Assembly: GCA_028534125.1 (NCBI GenBank)
Contig: CM052816.1
Coordinates: 89,654,001-89,718,000 of the forward strand
Origin: Lama glama
Taxonomy: Eukaryota
Direction of reading: 5' to 3'
DNA length: 64,000 nucleotides
The notes under the pieces are model-generated. The model worked only from the letters and a program-made list of their open reading frames with translations, was not told the origin of the DNA and made no database searches. Below, in pieces: positions 49,935 through 63,189 of the stretch. Positions within the stretch are counted from its first letter, which is position 1; every line of letters starts with the position of its first letter. The translations under genes were made by a program, and so were the position numbers.

Positions 49935-52900
49935 AATACTATACGCAGTACTTTATTCACAGTACTTAGTAAAATGGCATGACCCTTGCATTTTTTATGT
50001 TATAATTTGAAGAAGACTATAACCTTCTCCTGCCACCCTGCCCCACCTCCACACACAACTACAAGTAATCATGTAGGAACTTACTGTTTGAATACATATT
50101 CAAAACTTACCAATAGAGCTTGATTCATGAAAAAGTGTTCACAGAAGGTCTTTTTGAGGAAGTTACCTTTAGGTAGGAACCTGGAAAGGCAAAAAGATCA
50201 ACCATTAGAAAGTTTGTGCAGGTGTAAAAAGAGGGCTCCTAGAGCAAGTCAAGCTAGGGAATGACACAGGAAAATGTAGTCACTATTTAAAAGTTTGGCA
50301 TTTTCAAATAATTGACAGAAGGATCATAGGGCAAAAACATAGACGTAAAAACGGAGCGTGCCTGAGATGAGATTGCACAGGTGGATGAACTCCAGGTAAT
50401 CAGAGCCTCCTAGTCTAAAGGAGTGTTGGTTTTGTTTTTAGTAAAATAAAAGCATTGAATAGATGAAGCATGGAATTGACATGTTTGACTTTCCCTTCTA
50501 TTTGCCTCTGCTGTGCATGGTGATGAAAAGAGACTAATAGGGCAGAAGCAGGGGCAATTTGAAAGGTGAAAAATTTGAGATAATTTTGGAGTTAGAAATG
50601 ATAGATTTGTTAATAAAATGCCCATGAGAATAAATAAGACATAAAAATGCTAGAAAATGTTTCTAATAGTTCAGTGGAGAGTCATGTTGTTTACCGAGAA
50701 GGAAAAGAGGAAATTTGTAGAGAATGATTCTGTGCTTATTGCTTTAGTTTTATTTTTGAACAGTAAATCTAAATGTGAAATATCTTTGATACATGAAATT
50801 TAAAGTAATAAACTGAAAATTGGCCCTACTGACAAGTGGGTTATGAGGGGGGAAAACTAAAATCAAAACAGAAATCACAGCTTGAAAAAGATTCCCCAAC
50901 TCACAAGAAAGATAAGCTCTTCCAGACTGGCCATGACGCACATCATTAACTATTTAAATTCAAACATTTTAAGACTACTTTTTTGTTTGTTTTTTTAGAC
51001 CCATCCCTTCTAAGATAAGACCTTTGAAAAACTAATTGAAGAGTAGCACTTCATGGACACAAAAGATGAAATTGCTAAATGCAACTCCAGTTTATAGACT
51101 TAGAACACTCTCTGCTTACATCATCCATTGACAAACTTCAGCAATCTCACTCACTCACAAGAATACTTAGTGAGTATTCTTCCCTAACTCTCCCTTTTAG
51201 AGAGACTCATGGTTTCCCATGATGTATGCTTTCCCTTGCTGCAGTAAGGTGATAAAGCTAACACTGTCATTACAGATGTGTTTCTGTAGCTCTTTGGGCA
51301 ATGGGCTTTATCAGTTATCTGTTTTATGAATCATCAGTTTAGTTCATAAGCCTGAAGCTTAAGAGGAGGGGTTTAGCCAGGTAACAATATATATTTATAT
51401 CTCCTTCATACAGACTGTAATTAAGGACTTGAAGGAGGAAATGACCATGAAGGGGAAAGCGAGTGAAGAATGTTGAGTCATGAAGATGAAAAGAAGATTA
51501 TTTCAGGAAAGAGTAAGTAATCAGCAGTGTCACGTGTTAATGGAAGGATGACAAATATGAAGGAAGGGAAACACTCAAGAACAGTTTTGATTGAGTGTAA
51601 ACACAGGAACCAGATTGGAGGGATAGACAGTGAATGGGACTGAGGAGATACAGACAGAATATGTAGACAATTATTTCCTAAAATGCTTTGTTGAGAATGG
51701 GAGAGTTGCTTTCTAAGAATGAAGAGTCAAGTTTTAAGTGCATTTTTCTTCTTTTCTTAAAGTTTCTTCAAAAGGTAAGAATTGGTACAATCCAGTACAC
51801 AAAACTAGGAGTACTTCTTTGTGAGTGGAGGGACATTGCTTCAGTTATAAGATAAGTTAAGGGATAAGACAGATGCAATTGCAGAAGGTTTAGAGGTGGA
51901 GAGATGACACGGGTTTAATGGATTCTTACATGTTTCTTTTTTTTTTCCTTCTTTTTTGACCATATTCATTGTGTGTATGAGGGGCAGGTGTTAAAAGATA
52001 AAGGAAGTTTGAAAAAGAACATGGAGTTTTTGTCTAGAAGAATTTGTTGAGCTTCCTGATGAAAGTCAGTAATATTTCCAGGCAATGTAGATAGAATATT
52101 TGAGATTTGAGATTATGAGATTAAATCAACATATTCAACTTATTTTTTCATGGGGATTATTCAACCATTTGTGTAAATTTACAGATAAAAGGATAAGACA
52201 TCAACTCTGAGAATATCTCAAAGTCTATTGTGGCAGTCCAAGTGAGGGAGAGTGCACCATAGTTATTTCATTATACATGGGAGAAGTGAAAGATTTGAAA
52301 ACTTGAGACAGATTTAAAAAGACTTGATTATTGATCTGATGTCTGATGGAGTAAGGCATATGTCACTAGATTTTCAACTGAAACAACTTGCTTGGATGGC
52401 TGAGCCATGCATCTTGACGATGAACTGTGAAAATGGAGAACATCATTATTTGGTGAGTTTAGTTTTAGCAATACTGACTTTGAAAGGAATATGTTTAGTA
52501 GACACATATGTTTAACTTGAATATTTACTTATTTAACAAATACTTATTGAATATGCACTAAGGCTAAGTTGGGCTATTTGCACTGAGGACATAATAGGGA
52601 AGAAAACAAGTGAATTCTCTTCACATTGTGTAACGTATATTCTAGTGAGCTGTATTTTAAAAGAGAAATTTGGATTACATATAAAAATGGGAGTAATATG
52701 AGAAAAAATATCATGGAAAATTGCCCTGTGAGAGAATGGGATATCCTGGGAAGAGACTGTAGAAAGTAAAGAGAAGAGGACTTCAAATAGCATCCCAAAG
52801 GTCCCCAATACAGAATAGCAAGGAAGATGAAGAGAAGCATCAAAATAGGTTGGAAGGGATGCCCAGAGGAAGAGAATAAAAACTGAGTGTGTACAGTATT

Positions 52901-54500
52901 TGTAGATGCCATTACAATTAAGAAATTCTGCTTATGGGATGAAGCAATTACAAATCAAATATATGAATTACCATGGTGATTATTAGTAATTTTTCTAAGA
53001 ATTTAAAGTCATAGAAACAGACATTGGATTGGGATAGGTAGTGAAGTAATTTGTCAATAACTAAGGTCAAGCTAGTTGTTTTTAGGGGATAAACCAAGTA
53101 AAAACGAACCAAAAATACACTAGCTCACAAAACGTTAATGACACGAGTGAGAAGGAGTGACATTATGGAGTGACAAGAGACAACAGCCTGTGAAGTGAAC
53201 AGTCCCCAAATAAATGAAATTCAGAGCAAACAATTACCATGACTGGAAAGAAGTGGAAACGTTCCTTTCATTTTAACAGAGGTCGTAAGGAAAATACAGA
53301 CTCAGAAGTAGGTAGACGTGCATATCAATTCTGGTGGAAGCAGAATAAGGGAGTTAATATCTAAGGGCTTTGGAAGTTTTAAGACATCATAGGGCAGGTT
53401 AATATTCTGAAGCCAAACAAAAGGGGTGAATTTGGAAATTTGAGAAAAATGGAGATTTTAAGATTATTCAGAAAGTGACATCCGGCATAGGCTAGAGATA
53501 CGTGGTAATGTAATAGTATTCAGGCAAAATTAGCCTCTGGCTTATGGCTTTGAATATCTGGATGTGAGATTTCCTCATTCTAAGAGATCTGAAAGATAGT
53601 GTTTGAAATGATTGACGAGGGGATCTATGGATATAAAAGTGAACATGTGAAGAAAGGAGAATGGGGCATATCAGGGAGTCAATTAATTCCTCTTTTAAAA
53701 CCCAAAGATTCTTATTTTAAAAAAGAAGAAGTGAAAGCCCTTTATTATAGGACATATTGCATATATTTGTACTGGTCAGGATAGGAGAGGTTCTGCTTCA
53801 GTAACAAAAGCAAGCACAAAAAAAAAACTTCTAAAAATGTAGCAGCTTAACGAATTAAGGTTGAGTTCTTGCTTTAATCATAGCCTGATGGGTGTTTCAT
53901 GAGTAGCCGTCCATGTGGCAATAAAGAAACAGGGGCTGTTCCAACTGGTGGCTCCACCTCCCAGGGTCTACGCAGTGTCGTCTACTGGATCCTGCACTCA
54001 GCTGACCATTTTAAAAATAAAGAGTGAGTCAAGGATCTTGCAAGAGAATCTAACATGGAAAAATAGCGTACATCAATTAGGATCATGATCCATTGGCCAG
54101 AACAGGTCCTATAGCCCCAAACCAACCATAGTCCTCCTGGACACCCAGGAAGAGGACATGGAAGATGAGCATCTAGCCAGTCCCCACTATGGTAAATTTA
54201 AATCGTATGTGTCTATCTTTACCTTGATATTAAAATTCATCAGGTTAGTAAACATATCTATTTATCTGTAAGGTAACAATGATCGCCTTATTGAAGAGAA
54301 TGGGGAGAAATGACTTTTCAGTTATAATAAATAGTGAGGTGTTTTAACAGAGGTACAGATTGCTAAAGTAGCTAAAAGGAAAAATAAAGAAGTAAGCCAA
54401 CATATCTAATTGCAATACAGCTCAAATTAAAGGGGAACTTTGATGGAATTGTGGCCTCAAAGAATAGAGAATCTATTAAGGAAAGACAGGTCCCTTAAAA
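49935..54500 (-). mobile_element. Long tract of antisense L2 remnants with nested LTRs (~50800-51310; MLT1 ~53765-54190)
   Basis: Purine-rich antisense L2 motifs (atttattgaatatgcact, agaggaggggtttagcc, tgagtcatgaagatgaaaag). Confidence 0.55.
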
Positions 54501-54739
54501 ATGAAGACCAATGATTTAAAATTGATTAACTTCAATCATAGTTTATGCATACAAATAAAACCCCCCCAGATATAATTTGACTTAGAGGATACAGGATTAG
54601 GTAGAGAAAATTTTGATTTGTGTAGCTTTTTAAAAATCATAATGACTGTCAAATTAACACATTACTTCTTTACACATTTCACACACAAAAAGATTATACA
54701 TGAAAATATGATTCAATGTGGAAAAAATTATGTTGTAGG

Positions 54740-56360
54740 AGAAAATAAAAGCTTTCAATAGCCATGTATCCCATACTGGACGCCTTTGGTATGAAATCTA
54801 TGTTGTCCTAACTTTGAAGACTTGAACTTAACATTGATACTNNNNNNNNNNNNNNNNNNNNNNNNNNNNNNNNNNNNNNNNNNNNNNNNNNNNNNNNNNN
54901 NNNNNNNNNNNNNNNNNNNNNNNNNNNNNNNNNNNNNNNNNNNNNNNNNNNNNNNNNNNNNNNNNNNNNNNNNNNNNNNNNNNNNNNNNNNNNNNNNNNN
55001 NNNNNNNNNNNNNNNNNNNNNNNNNNNNNNNNNNNNNNNNNNNNNNNNNNNNNNNNNNNNNNNNNNNNNNNNNNNNNNNNNNNNNNNNNNNNNNNNNNNN
55101 NNNNNNNNNNNNNNNNNNNNNNNNNNNNNNNNNNNNNNNNNNNNNNNNNNNNNNNNNNNNNNNNNNNNNNNNNNNNNNNNNNNNNNNNNNNNNNNNNNNN
55201 NNNNNNNNNNNNNNNNNNNNNNNNNNNNNNNNNNNNNNNNNNNNNNNNNNNNNNNNNNNNNNNNNNNNNNNNNNNNNNNNNNNNNNNNNNNNNNNNNNNN
55301 NNNNNNNNNNNNNNNNNNNNNNNNNNNNNNNNNNNNNNNNNATAAAGGTTGAATGTGTGATAGTTATTGTATTTGTTTTCATTGTTTCCAGTTGTGTGTG
55401 TCATTAATATTCTAGTAATTGGTTGACACAATAAATTTAACAATAAAACTAGGCTCTTAACAGCACTCCACGAACCTAAGATGAATTTCATTCAATTTAA
55501 GACAAATTTGTCTCTCTACAAAAATAAAACATGACTTCAACCCATGGCCCTCATTTTCAATAGCACAGGCTGTTGACGATTTACTGTCATTATGGAGGAT
55601 GGGGGTGCCATGTGTGAACTTTGCTTTATTATTAGATGACAAATCTCCCAAAAGAGAGCTAAAGTGAACCAGTGGTTTAGGTAAACAGCAGATGAGACCA
55701 GAGTATGGATTCCCATGGCTTTTTGTCAAGTTAGTTAAGGTCTTAGGGGCAGAGCTTTGCATCGAATAGACAACCTATTTCCATTTCACAAGGGAATTGT
55801 CTGGGTCTTCTCACAACTTGGGAAACATTGATTTCATTGCAGGATATACATTTTGGGTTGAATAGCCAATTGTACCCTTTGTTGAGATTGTCTGTCTGTA
55901 TTAGGGATCAGTAATTTTCTAGAAATGATGGCTAACTCTGTATTTGTGGCATTCAGTACCTGTAGAAAGTCTTTGTCCAACGCCCAGAGACCATAAATTA
56001 CTAGCAGAATCTTATTGACAAAGGTTTCACATTTGGTATTAAGATACCTGTTATTTATGGCACCTGAGGAGAAAGCAGCCCGAATTTAAGGATTGCTTTC
56101 TGGTTGCTTAAACTGTGTTCAAACTTTCTTATTGCAGACAACCTCATTTAAGTTTGACAAATGTTAAATAATTTTGTATAGGCACTTTAATAGTATTCCC
56201 CGGGGTAGAATATGCTTCTTCCAATAACCAAAAAGCCCAATTATCTACTGGGTCTCCTTATCTGAAGTCAATGGTGATAAAGCCAGCTCTTTATCCCTTA
56301 AAACTGCTGATGATCTTTTGGGGATGCTAACACATAACTTCCAAGAAGTCACTAAAGTAA
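54740..56360 (-). mobile_element. ERVL/class III retroviral pol remnant (RT thumb, RNase H, integrase) spanning the gap
   Basis: KETQ*IIGLFGYWKKHI (RT thumb); KFTHG and GSWSAVKSL (RNase H FTDG/DSWAVANGL); LQS*DNIDF (integrase core). Confidence 0.75.
54842..55341. other. Assembly gap (500 N)
   Basis: N run. Confidence 1.
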
Positions 56361-56389
56361 CAGAACACAGAATTTTGCCCTCATTCAAT

Positions 56390-56700
56390 GTGTTTTACCT
56401 TTGATGGGCTAAGTTTGGATAGGAAAAAAAAATCTAAATGGAAAACTTCTAAAGGCGATAGAAAAGAGATACAATTCAAATGTTTAGTTGCCCACTCTTT
56501 ATATTTCTTTCCTATGAAATTTATTCAATTAGTGGGAGACTTCTGGATTTTATCTCCTGAGAAAATTGAGTGAGTTATTTGATTAGAAAATCATAGAAAA
56601 ATAAACTGTGTACTCTTGACTCAACAATTTCAACAAATAAGGAGACTATGAAACACTTCAGAGAGAAGATGATTCTTATCATCTTTTTAATAGTTATTTA
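56390..56700 (+). pseudogene. Possible EBLN fragment
   Basis: ORF 56388-56573: FKCLVA~FKTMMA; PEKIE*V~PHEAIDWI. Confidence 0.4.
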
Positions 56701-57654
56701 AAATTGAATAATTATAATCATTATAATTATTCTCTTTAATTTAGTTAATGGCAAAAAAATTTGAGAGAAATCAGATAGATATAATCAACTTAGAACTCAT
56801 TCAGAAGTAGGAAAAATAGTCAACAATTTAATCATTCAAGAAATATTAATCAATGGTCTATTGTATACTGAGTTTTGTTCACAGGGAATACAGATGTACT
56901 ACACTAATGGAACTTAATTTCCAGTAGTAGGAGACAGTAAAGAAAAGAAACCTAGACAGAAATAAGTATTTTCTGAAAGTATAAAATAGTGATGAGGTAA
57001 ATTATAGGCTTAAGACATTAAAACAAAGACAAAATATGTGGCGAAGATGGAGCCATATTGTGGGAGGTGGAGGGGTAGTAACTTGCAGAAGGAGCTTTAG
57101 AGAAAATGTGCCTTTCTTGTGTAAAGAATGTCCTAAAAGCCCACGTTGCTACAGCACAGTGAGTAGAAGGAAGAGGGTAGAAACCACCTGTCCACTGAGG
57201 AACTACCCAGCCAACACGGAGGTGGCTGGGACCAAACTGAAATGGATGAGTGGACCCAAGTCGCCATATATTAAATCACTCATGTTTTTTTCATATTTTG
57301 TAGTGTGTTCTTTGATCATTGATTAAACCAGAATAACTCATTCTAAATCAGAGTGGGGGTTTTTGTTTGTTTATTTTTAGCTCTGTATAGTTTCTTCTGC
57401 AATCTTTTTCTGGCTACTTAATTTACTTTAAATCTCTGTAATTCACATGTGTGGAAATACAGTGTAACACAGAACCCTTATTAGGGTTATCTGTGAAATG
57501 GTCATTTGGCACTAAACGGTATATTTTAAGGAATCTGGTAAAATCTCTCTTAGGCTGTCTCTTAGCCAACTGGGATAACTAATGTCATCCATCCTTTTTG
57601 GAAAACATTCATACAGGAGCATAGATAATCTCTGCAAGGTCTTGGTTCCAACTG

Positions 57655-58110
57655 CAGAGTTATTTACAATAACAAAGGTATGGAAACAACCTGAGTGTCT
57701 GTCAATGGATCAATGGATAAAAAATGTGGAATAGACATGCAATGTAGTATTATTCAGCCTTAAAAAAGAAGGAAATCTTCCCACAGGCAACCTGGATAAC
57801 CTGGAAGGCATTATGCTAAGTGAAATAAGCCAGTCACAGAAGGACAGATGCTACGTGATCCAATTTATATGGAATGTCTAACATAGTCAAATTCCTAAAA
57901 GCAGAGAGAGGAATAGTGGTTGTCCGGGGCTGGGGATGAGTGTTAATGGGGAACTGCTATGCAATGGGTATACAGTTAAAGCTACACAAAATGACTAAGT
58001 TCTAGAGGTACACTGTACAACATTGTACCAATAGGTGAAAGAAATGTATTGCATTTAGATCCCATAATAAGTGTTCTTAATACAGAAGCAAAAAAAAAGA
58101 AAGAAAGAAC
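57655..58110 (+). mobile_element. L1MA/MB 3' end
   Basis: ggaaacaacctgagtgtctgtcaatggat..atgctaagtgaaataagccagtcacaga. Confidence 0.9.
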
Positions 58111-58404
58111 GGAAAAAGAGAGAGAAAAATGCTCACGAACGCCCACTGCACAATGGACCCTCGTGGCAGGCAGCCCACTTCCTACAGCTGGCTGCATACT
58201 TTTGCTTTCTCCAATTGAGCTGTTTAATTAACAGCAGTCAGCCGTGCTGCTGTCATACCTGTTTATGTCAGTTGTACCTTTTATCGTAATAATTTTTGTT
58301 TAATTTTTTTTACATTCTATTCCAGACAAAGTACTTTGACTACATGTCAGATTGCTACTGAATAGATGTACATTTACAAGTTTAAAACAAATAAATGTTT
58401 AAAG

Positions 58405-61400
58405 TGTTGACCTAAGACAAATAGACTGACAGTTATTTCTTCAGGAAAAAAAAGGAGTGGGCATTATTTGGAATCAGCAGAGAATTGCAATTCAGGGTTT
58501 GCAACCCTGGCAAACGAAGTGCAATTCTTGCATAAACGGAGGGAGAACAATTTATAGAGGTGAAAAGGAACGTGGTAGGACTATAATAACCATGCTTTTT
58601 CACTGGCTAAGTAAGTCCTTACCTGGAAAGAAGAGGAGTCTTGTTCCTATTGGGTTATGCTATTAACTCAGACCATGAGAGCTCCCTCTTCAGACCTCCC
58701 AACTCTATTTAATTGAAGTTTCTATTTATCATTTTTTTTTGCATTTTTCCCTTTTGATCAAAATAGTTCTCTGAAAGCACTGACAAGCAAGAGTCAGGTT
58801 TTCCTGTTTCAGAACTTTTTGTCCTTCAATACCAATAAGGACCTTTTCTGGGTGTACTGTCCCACACTGAAGGGAAATTGCACAGACTGGAAAACTATTG
58901 AGATCACATTCAAGTAACAAGTTGGGTAAGAGGGAGAGCTCTCAGGCATCTTTTATCTAACACCTGTATTTTATCAAGATTGTAGACATTGGAGATCATC
59001 TGAAGTATATGTCATCATCAAAGGTCTGGCAACAAACTGTCAATGGGCCTGGTTCTAATACCTTGAGAAAGCTGTCCCATACGATGTCATCTGCTTCAAT
59101 TCCAGGAAATGCTGACTTTCAGGTCACCAGATAATGTGCAAGTCCGATTGTAGTTTGATGCTTTTTTCAGACGTGTCACATGCATGTAAGACCATATAAT
59201 TCAGCTTGTTGGTCTGAAGTAGCCAGAGGTAACAATGTTGCCTCAGTGACACCAAAAGGAGTGGCAACAGTATACCCAGCACAATATTTGCTGTTGCCAC
59301 CTTTTAAATAAAGTCATCAGTAAACCCTGAGAAGTTAACATTCAATGTCCAGAAGATCATCACCAGGAGTCAGGAGATGTTCTGTCAGCATCATTTGTGG
59401 GGGACTTCATAGGTGACAGAGGGGAGAAACTAGCAGAGCTAAGTTTATTATTACAGAAGAGTTATGTGAGGAGCAGTTAACAGAAGGACTTCACAGACTG
59501 TGAGGCAGCTGTCTGAGAAACGTGAAATGAGAGACATGTGATGAGACTCCAGGAGGGTTTCTACTGCATAAGGAACAAAAATGGTTAAAAGTGATCCCAC
59601 TGGTCTTAATTGAAAGAATAGTGGCAGTAATGGCTCTAAGATGGTGGGGTGTCCCCACATCACAGGGTCCAGTTGCTGATTATAATATCCTATGGGTCAG
59701 TGGTGGTCTCTGTGTGATACCCTAAAGGCACTCCCTTCATTTTTATATACAAAAAAGGAAAACAAAGGAAGCTGATAATTGGGATGCCCAAGGCCAGATG
59801 GGTTCATCAAACACTCCTTTAAGGCCTTAAAAGTCATGTTGTCTGGTTTTTCCCATAAAAATAGGTTGGGTTATCATTTGATATAGCATGCAGAGATTTG
59901 GCCATAAGACAGAAATTTGGAATCTAATTTTGACAATGACCAACCAGCCCCAGGAGACCTTGCAATTGGTGCTTAGTTTGGGGTATGGGAAAACTTATGA
60001 CACCATAAAACCTACCTGGATTTATGTGTAGCCCTTGTTCTGATAACAGATTTCCTAAATATTGAAACTGGATTTGGGCAAACTATAAGTTTTCTTTGGC
60101 AAACCTCTGTCCCTTTAAGGATAAAAGCTCTAGGGAGTGGATGTGTCTTCCTGTGAGGGGGCTTAGGAAGGAGAGGACAGAATCATATCATCCACATATT
60201 GTGACAAAGTGAACCCGTAGGGGGTGCTAAGCTATCCAGATCAGCCTTCAGGATATGAGAAGCAAGAAGGATTCTCAGTAAAACCTAAGGATTCTCAGCA
60301 AAAACTGAACAGGTGAATTGTTTTTCTTCCCAAGTGAAGGCAAAAAGTTATTGTCTAGCTTCATCAGCTGGAACACCAAACAATGCCTGCATCCATCTAC
60401 TACAGTAAAGAATTGACTCCTGGTGGGGATGGATGTTAGTAATGAGTGAGAGTCAGGAAGAACAGGGTGTTGAGGGATAGCAATGCTGTTTACTGCTCTG
60501 AGGTCCTGGATATTCCTCCACCCTCAACCCTTAGGTTTTTGCAATGGAAAAATTGAAGCATTATAGGGACGAGTATAAGGGATAATGAAGACTTGAGCCT
60601 TGTAATCTCATTTTACGGGTTTTGTACCTTGAAGGGCTTCTTTGCTGATAGGATATTGATTAACTCTGGAAACAAGTTTTAAGAAATATTTGAATTTTGA
60701 TGAGTGGTGTGTTGTGTATTTTGTCAATATCAGTTAAAGATTTTGCCCATAAGGAGGGTAGTGGCTGATTCAACAGGGACAATTGATCAGTATTTCTAGA
60801 ACCCGCTCCAGGTAGCATCAGAGACGGAACAGATAAAAGATGCCAAGGGTCATTTAATTCACCTGGTTGGCTGTTTTGATAACTACTGTCAAACTTTAGA
60901 ATTATTTTTCCCTTTAGAAAGAAAGAAATTCCAGTATATTCTTTTCCAAGAACACTTGGCCTAATAAATAGATAGGCCCAGAGGAACGAAGTAGAAAGCA
61001 TATGTATCTCTCAAAGGGCCCGAACACAAGGAATCAGGTTCAGAGACAAGAATCTCTTTGGATTCATACTGATGCCCAGTATCTGAACCTGTCTGAAGGG
61101 TTTTAGTACTCTGAGGCAGGGGCTATTTTACAGCAATGGGTCAAACACTGAGAGTGTGGCTCTAATGTCAGTTGGGCAGGAAGAGATTCACCCTCAATCT
61201 GACGGAATGTTTTCTCAAGTCAGTTGAGAGGCAGGATTGGGAAAAATCCCCTGTAGTTACTCGAAGCCTTGCCATAGTGAATTGCGGAGACTTTGGAAAG
61301 GCTTCTTACAGGGCTAAAGTCCCCGGAAGCACTTAATTTCTAACAGTCTATTTTCTGATGTCCTGGATCTTTGCATTAATAGCAGAAACTAGGAGACTTT

Positions 61401-63189
61401 TGCTTTTGTTTAGGGGCCTTTGGTTGCTGAAGTTAAAGATTAAGGATTTTTGTGGTCTTCCTTTTAGGCGACTCATCTAGAGTGAGAGAAAGCTGGTTTG
61501 CCGGATTTACTACATTTGAAGTGGACCTTGTTTCTCATTCCATCCTGGTGCTTCTTCCTAGAAGGGAAAGATCCTGGCTCAGCCCATTAATAAACATAGA
61601 GTTAAAGCTAGCTGGCTGGAATCAACATCCGAAGAAAGAGTAGAATGTTCTTTAAAAACAATCTGAAGTCAATTGTAATTGTTATGAACAGGTTCACCCA
61701 ATTTTTAAATGCAACCTTGGTTTTTGTTCCAGTCAACGTGCTTTGGAAAATCCCTAAGAATTGCTCAATGAAGTTACCTAGCAATGGGCCCAGCCTGATT
61801 ATATAATAAGTTAGTTCTAATTCTAGAGACTTTTTCTAGAGAACTTTTTCTATTAGTGATTTTCATCCAGTGCTGGGCCTGATCTTCACCAACAAGCATA
61901 TATAAGTCAGCTCATATAAGTCAGAGAAATCAACGTGATAAGTTTGAGTAACTATATTAAATTCTTCAGCAAATCTGTGAGGATTATTAGTTACTTTAGA
62001 AAAATCTTTGACAATGATTCACAATTCAGCTTCATTTTTAAGCTTTGGGTAACATTTGGAAGCCTCTAATTCATAATTACAATAGGCATTCCATTCATTT
62101 CTGAAAATGTTAGGGCTATTATAGTCCAATTCGGTTTAAAAAAATGAGTTGAACATATCAAAAGTAAACCATAAAAGTCACTTATATATCAGTTAGGTTC
62201 ATATGTATATAAGGTAGAACCCAGTTTTTAAAGATAAAATTGACCAGAGCCCTTGTCTATGGGGGTTGCCTTCAAAATATTTTGATAACAAGGATCCCAT
62301 TTCCTAGAGGTTTGTTCTTTAGAGTAAAAGAAGACTTTTCAAACTATTTACAGCTCAAAGAGCGCAAACAATTCAAACATCTCAAACAGCCTACAGGTCT
62401 AATACCAGCCAGTTCAAAGGCAACACTTAGGTCCGAGAAGACCTAGGCTGAAAGTTTCTTAGCCAGTTCCAGAGCACAGTCCATATTCCAAAGGGACAGA
62501 CTGATGTCTAGACAATAGCACAATTTCAGTGAAACAATCCTTGTCCCCAAAGAAATGAGCCCAAAGCTGCTCAGCCAGATTCAGCGGAAACAGTCTGACC
62601 TCAAAATGGGCCCAGTGTGCCGACTGAGTACGTGCATATGGAACAAGGTCACAGAAACAAAAGCTGTAAGCAGATCCTCAATAAAGCCTGGAGAGATTCA
62701 AATGCAAAGAGGGTGTATGCTGGGATCCAGGAGAAAGACTTACCTTCAAAATTAGGGTCAGTAAGGAAAGCAGAGAGCGTGGCGGGTTTAATTGTGAGTC
62801 CTGCGCCTGTTTGCCTCCAGTCTCGGAGTCTTTAGAGGGCTTCTCTAGTTCTTGAATGGGCCACCAAAAGGGTGACTTAAAACAAATAGACTGCCAGTTA
62901 CATCTTCAACAAGAACGTTGATTTATTCAGGATCAGCAGAGAATTTCAATTTGGGTTCAGCTGCATGCAAGTCTCTGCACAGCAAGGGAAGGAGAACATG
63001 TTTACAGAAGTGGAAGGGAAGTTGGGAGGACTATAGCAGACAAAGAGTCTGCGGTTTTTCATTGGCCAAGTCATTGCCTGGAAAGAAGGGTCTTTCTACT
63101 TCCTGCTTTGCTAGCATTGCAGAGAGTGAGGGGTCCCCCTGCTGGTCTCCCAGCTCTCTTTCATTGAAGTCTCTTTATTAATGTTCACA
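58405..63189 (-). mobile_element. Degenerate ERV1 (class I) provirus with two LTRs
   Basis: Paired LTRs ~58405-58731 and ~62872-63189 (acaaatagactg..cagagaatt..cctggaaagaag); 4-bp TSD aaag; PBS-like tggtggccc; PPT aaaagggaaaa; RT QYVDDMI at ~60180-60201. Confidence 0.88.

Noticed and set aside
10488..55491. Long ORFs containing X runs at the three gaps
   Set aside because: Artefacts of the N runs.
55342..56360. Bornaviral L or G fragment
   Set aside because: GLFGYW and RNase H motifs identify retroviral class III pol.
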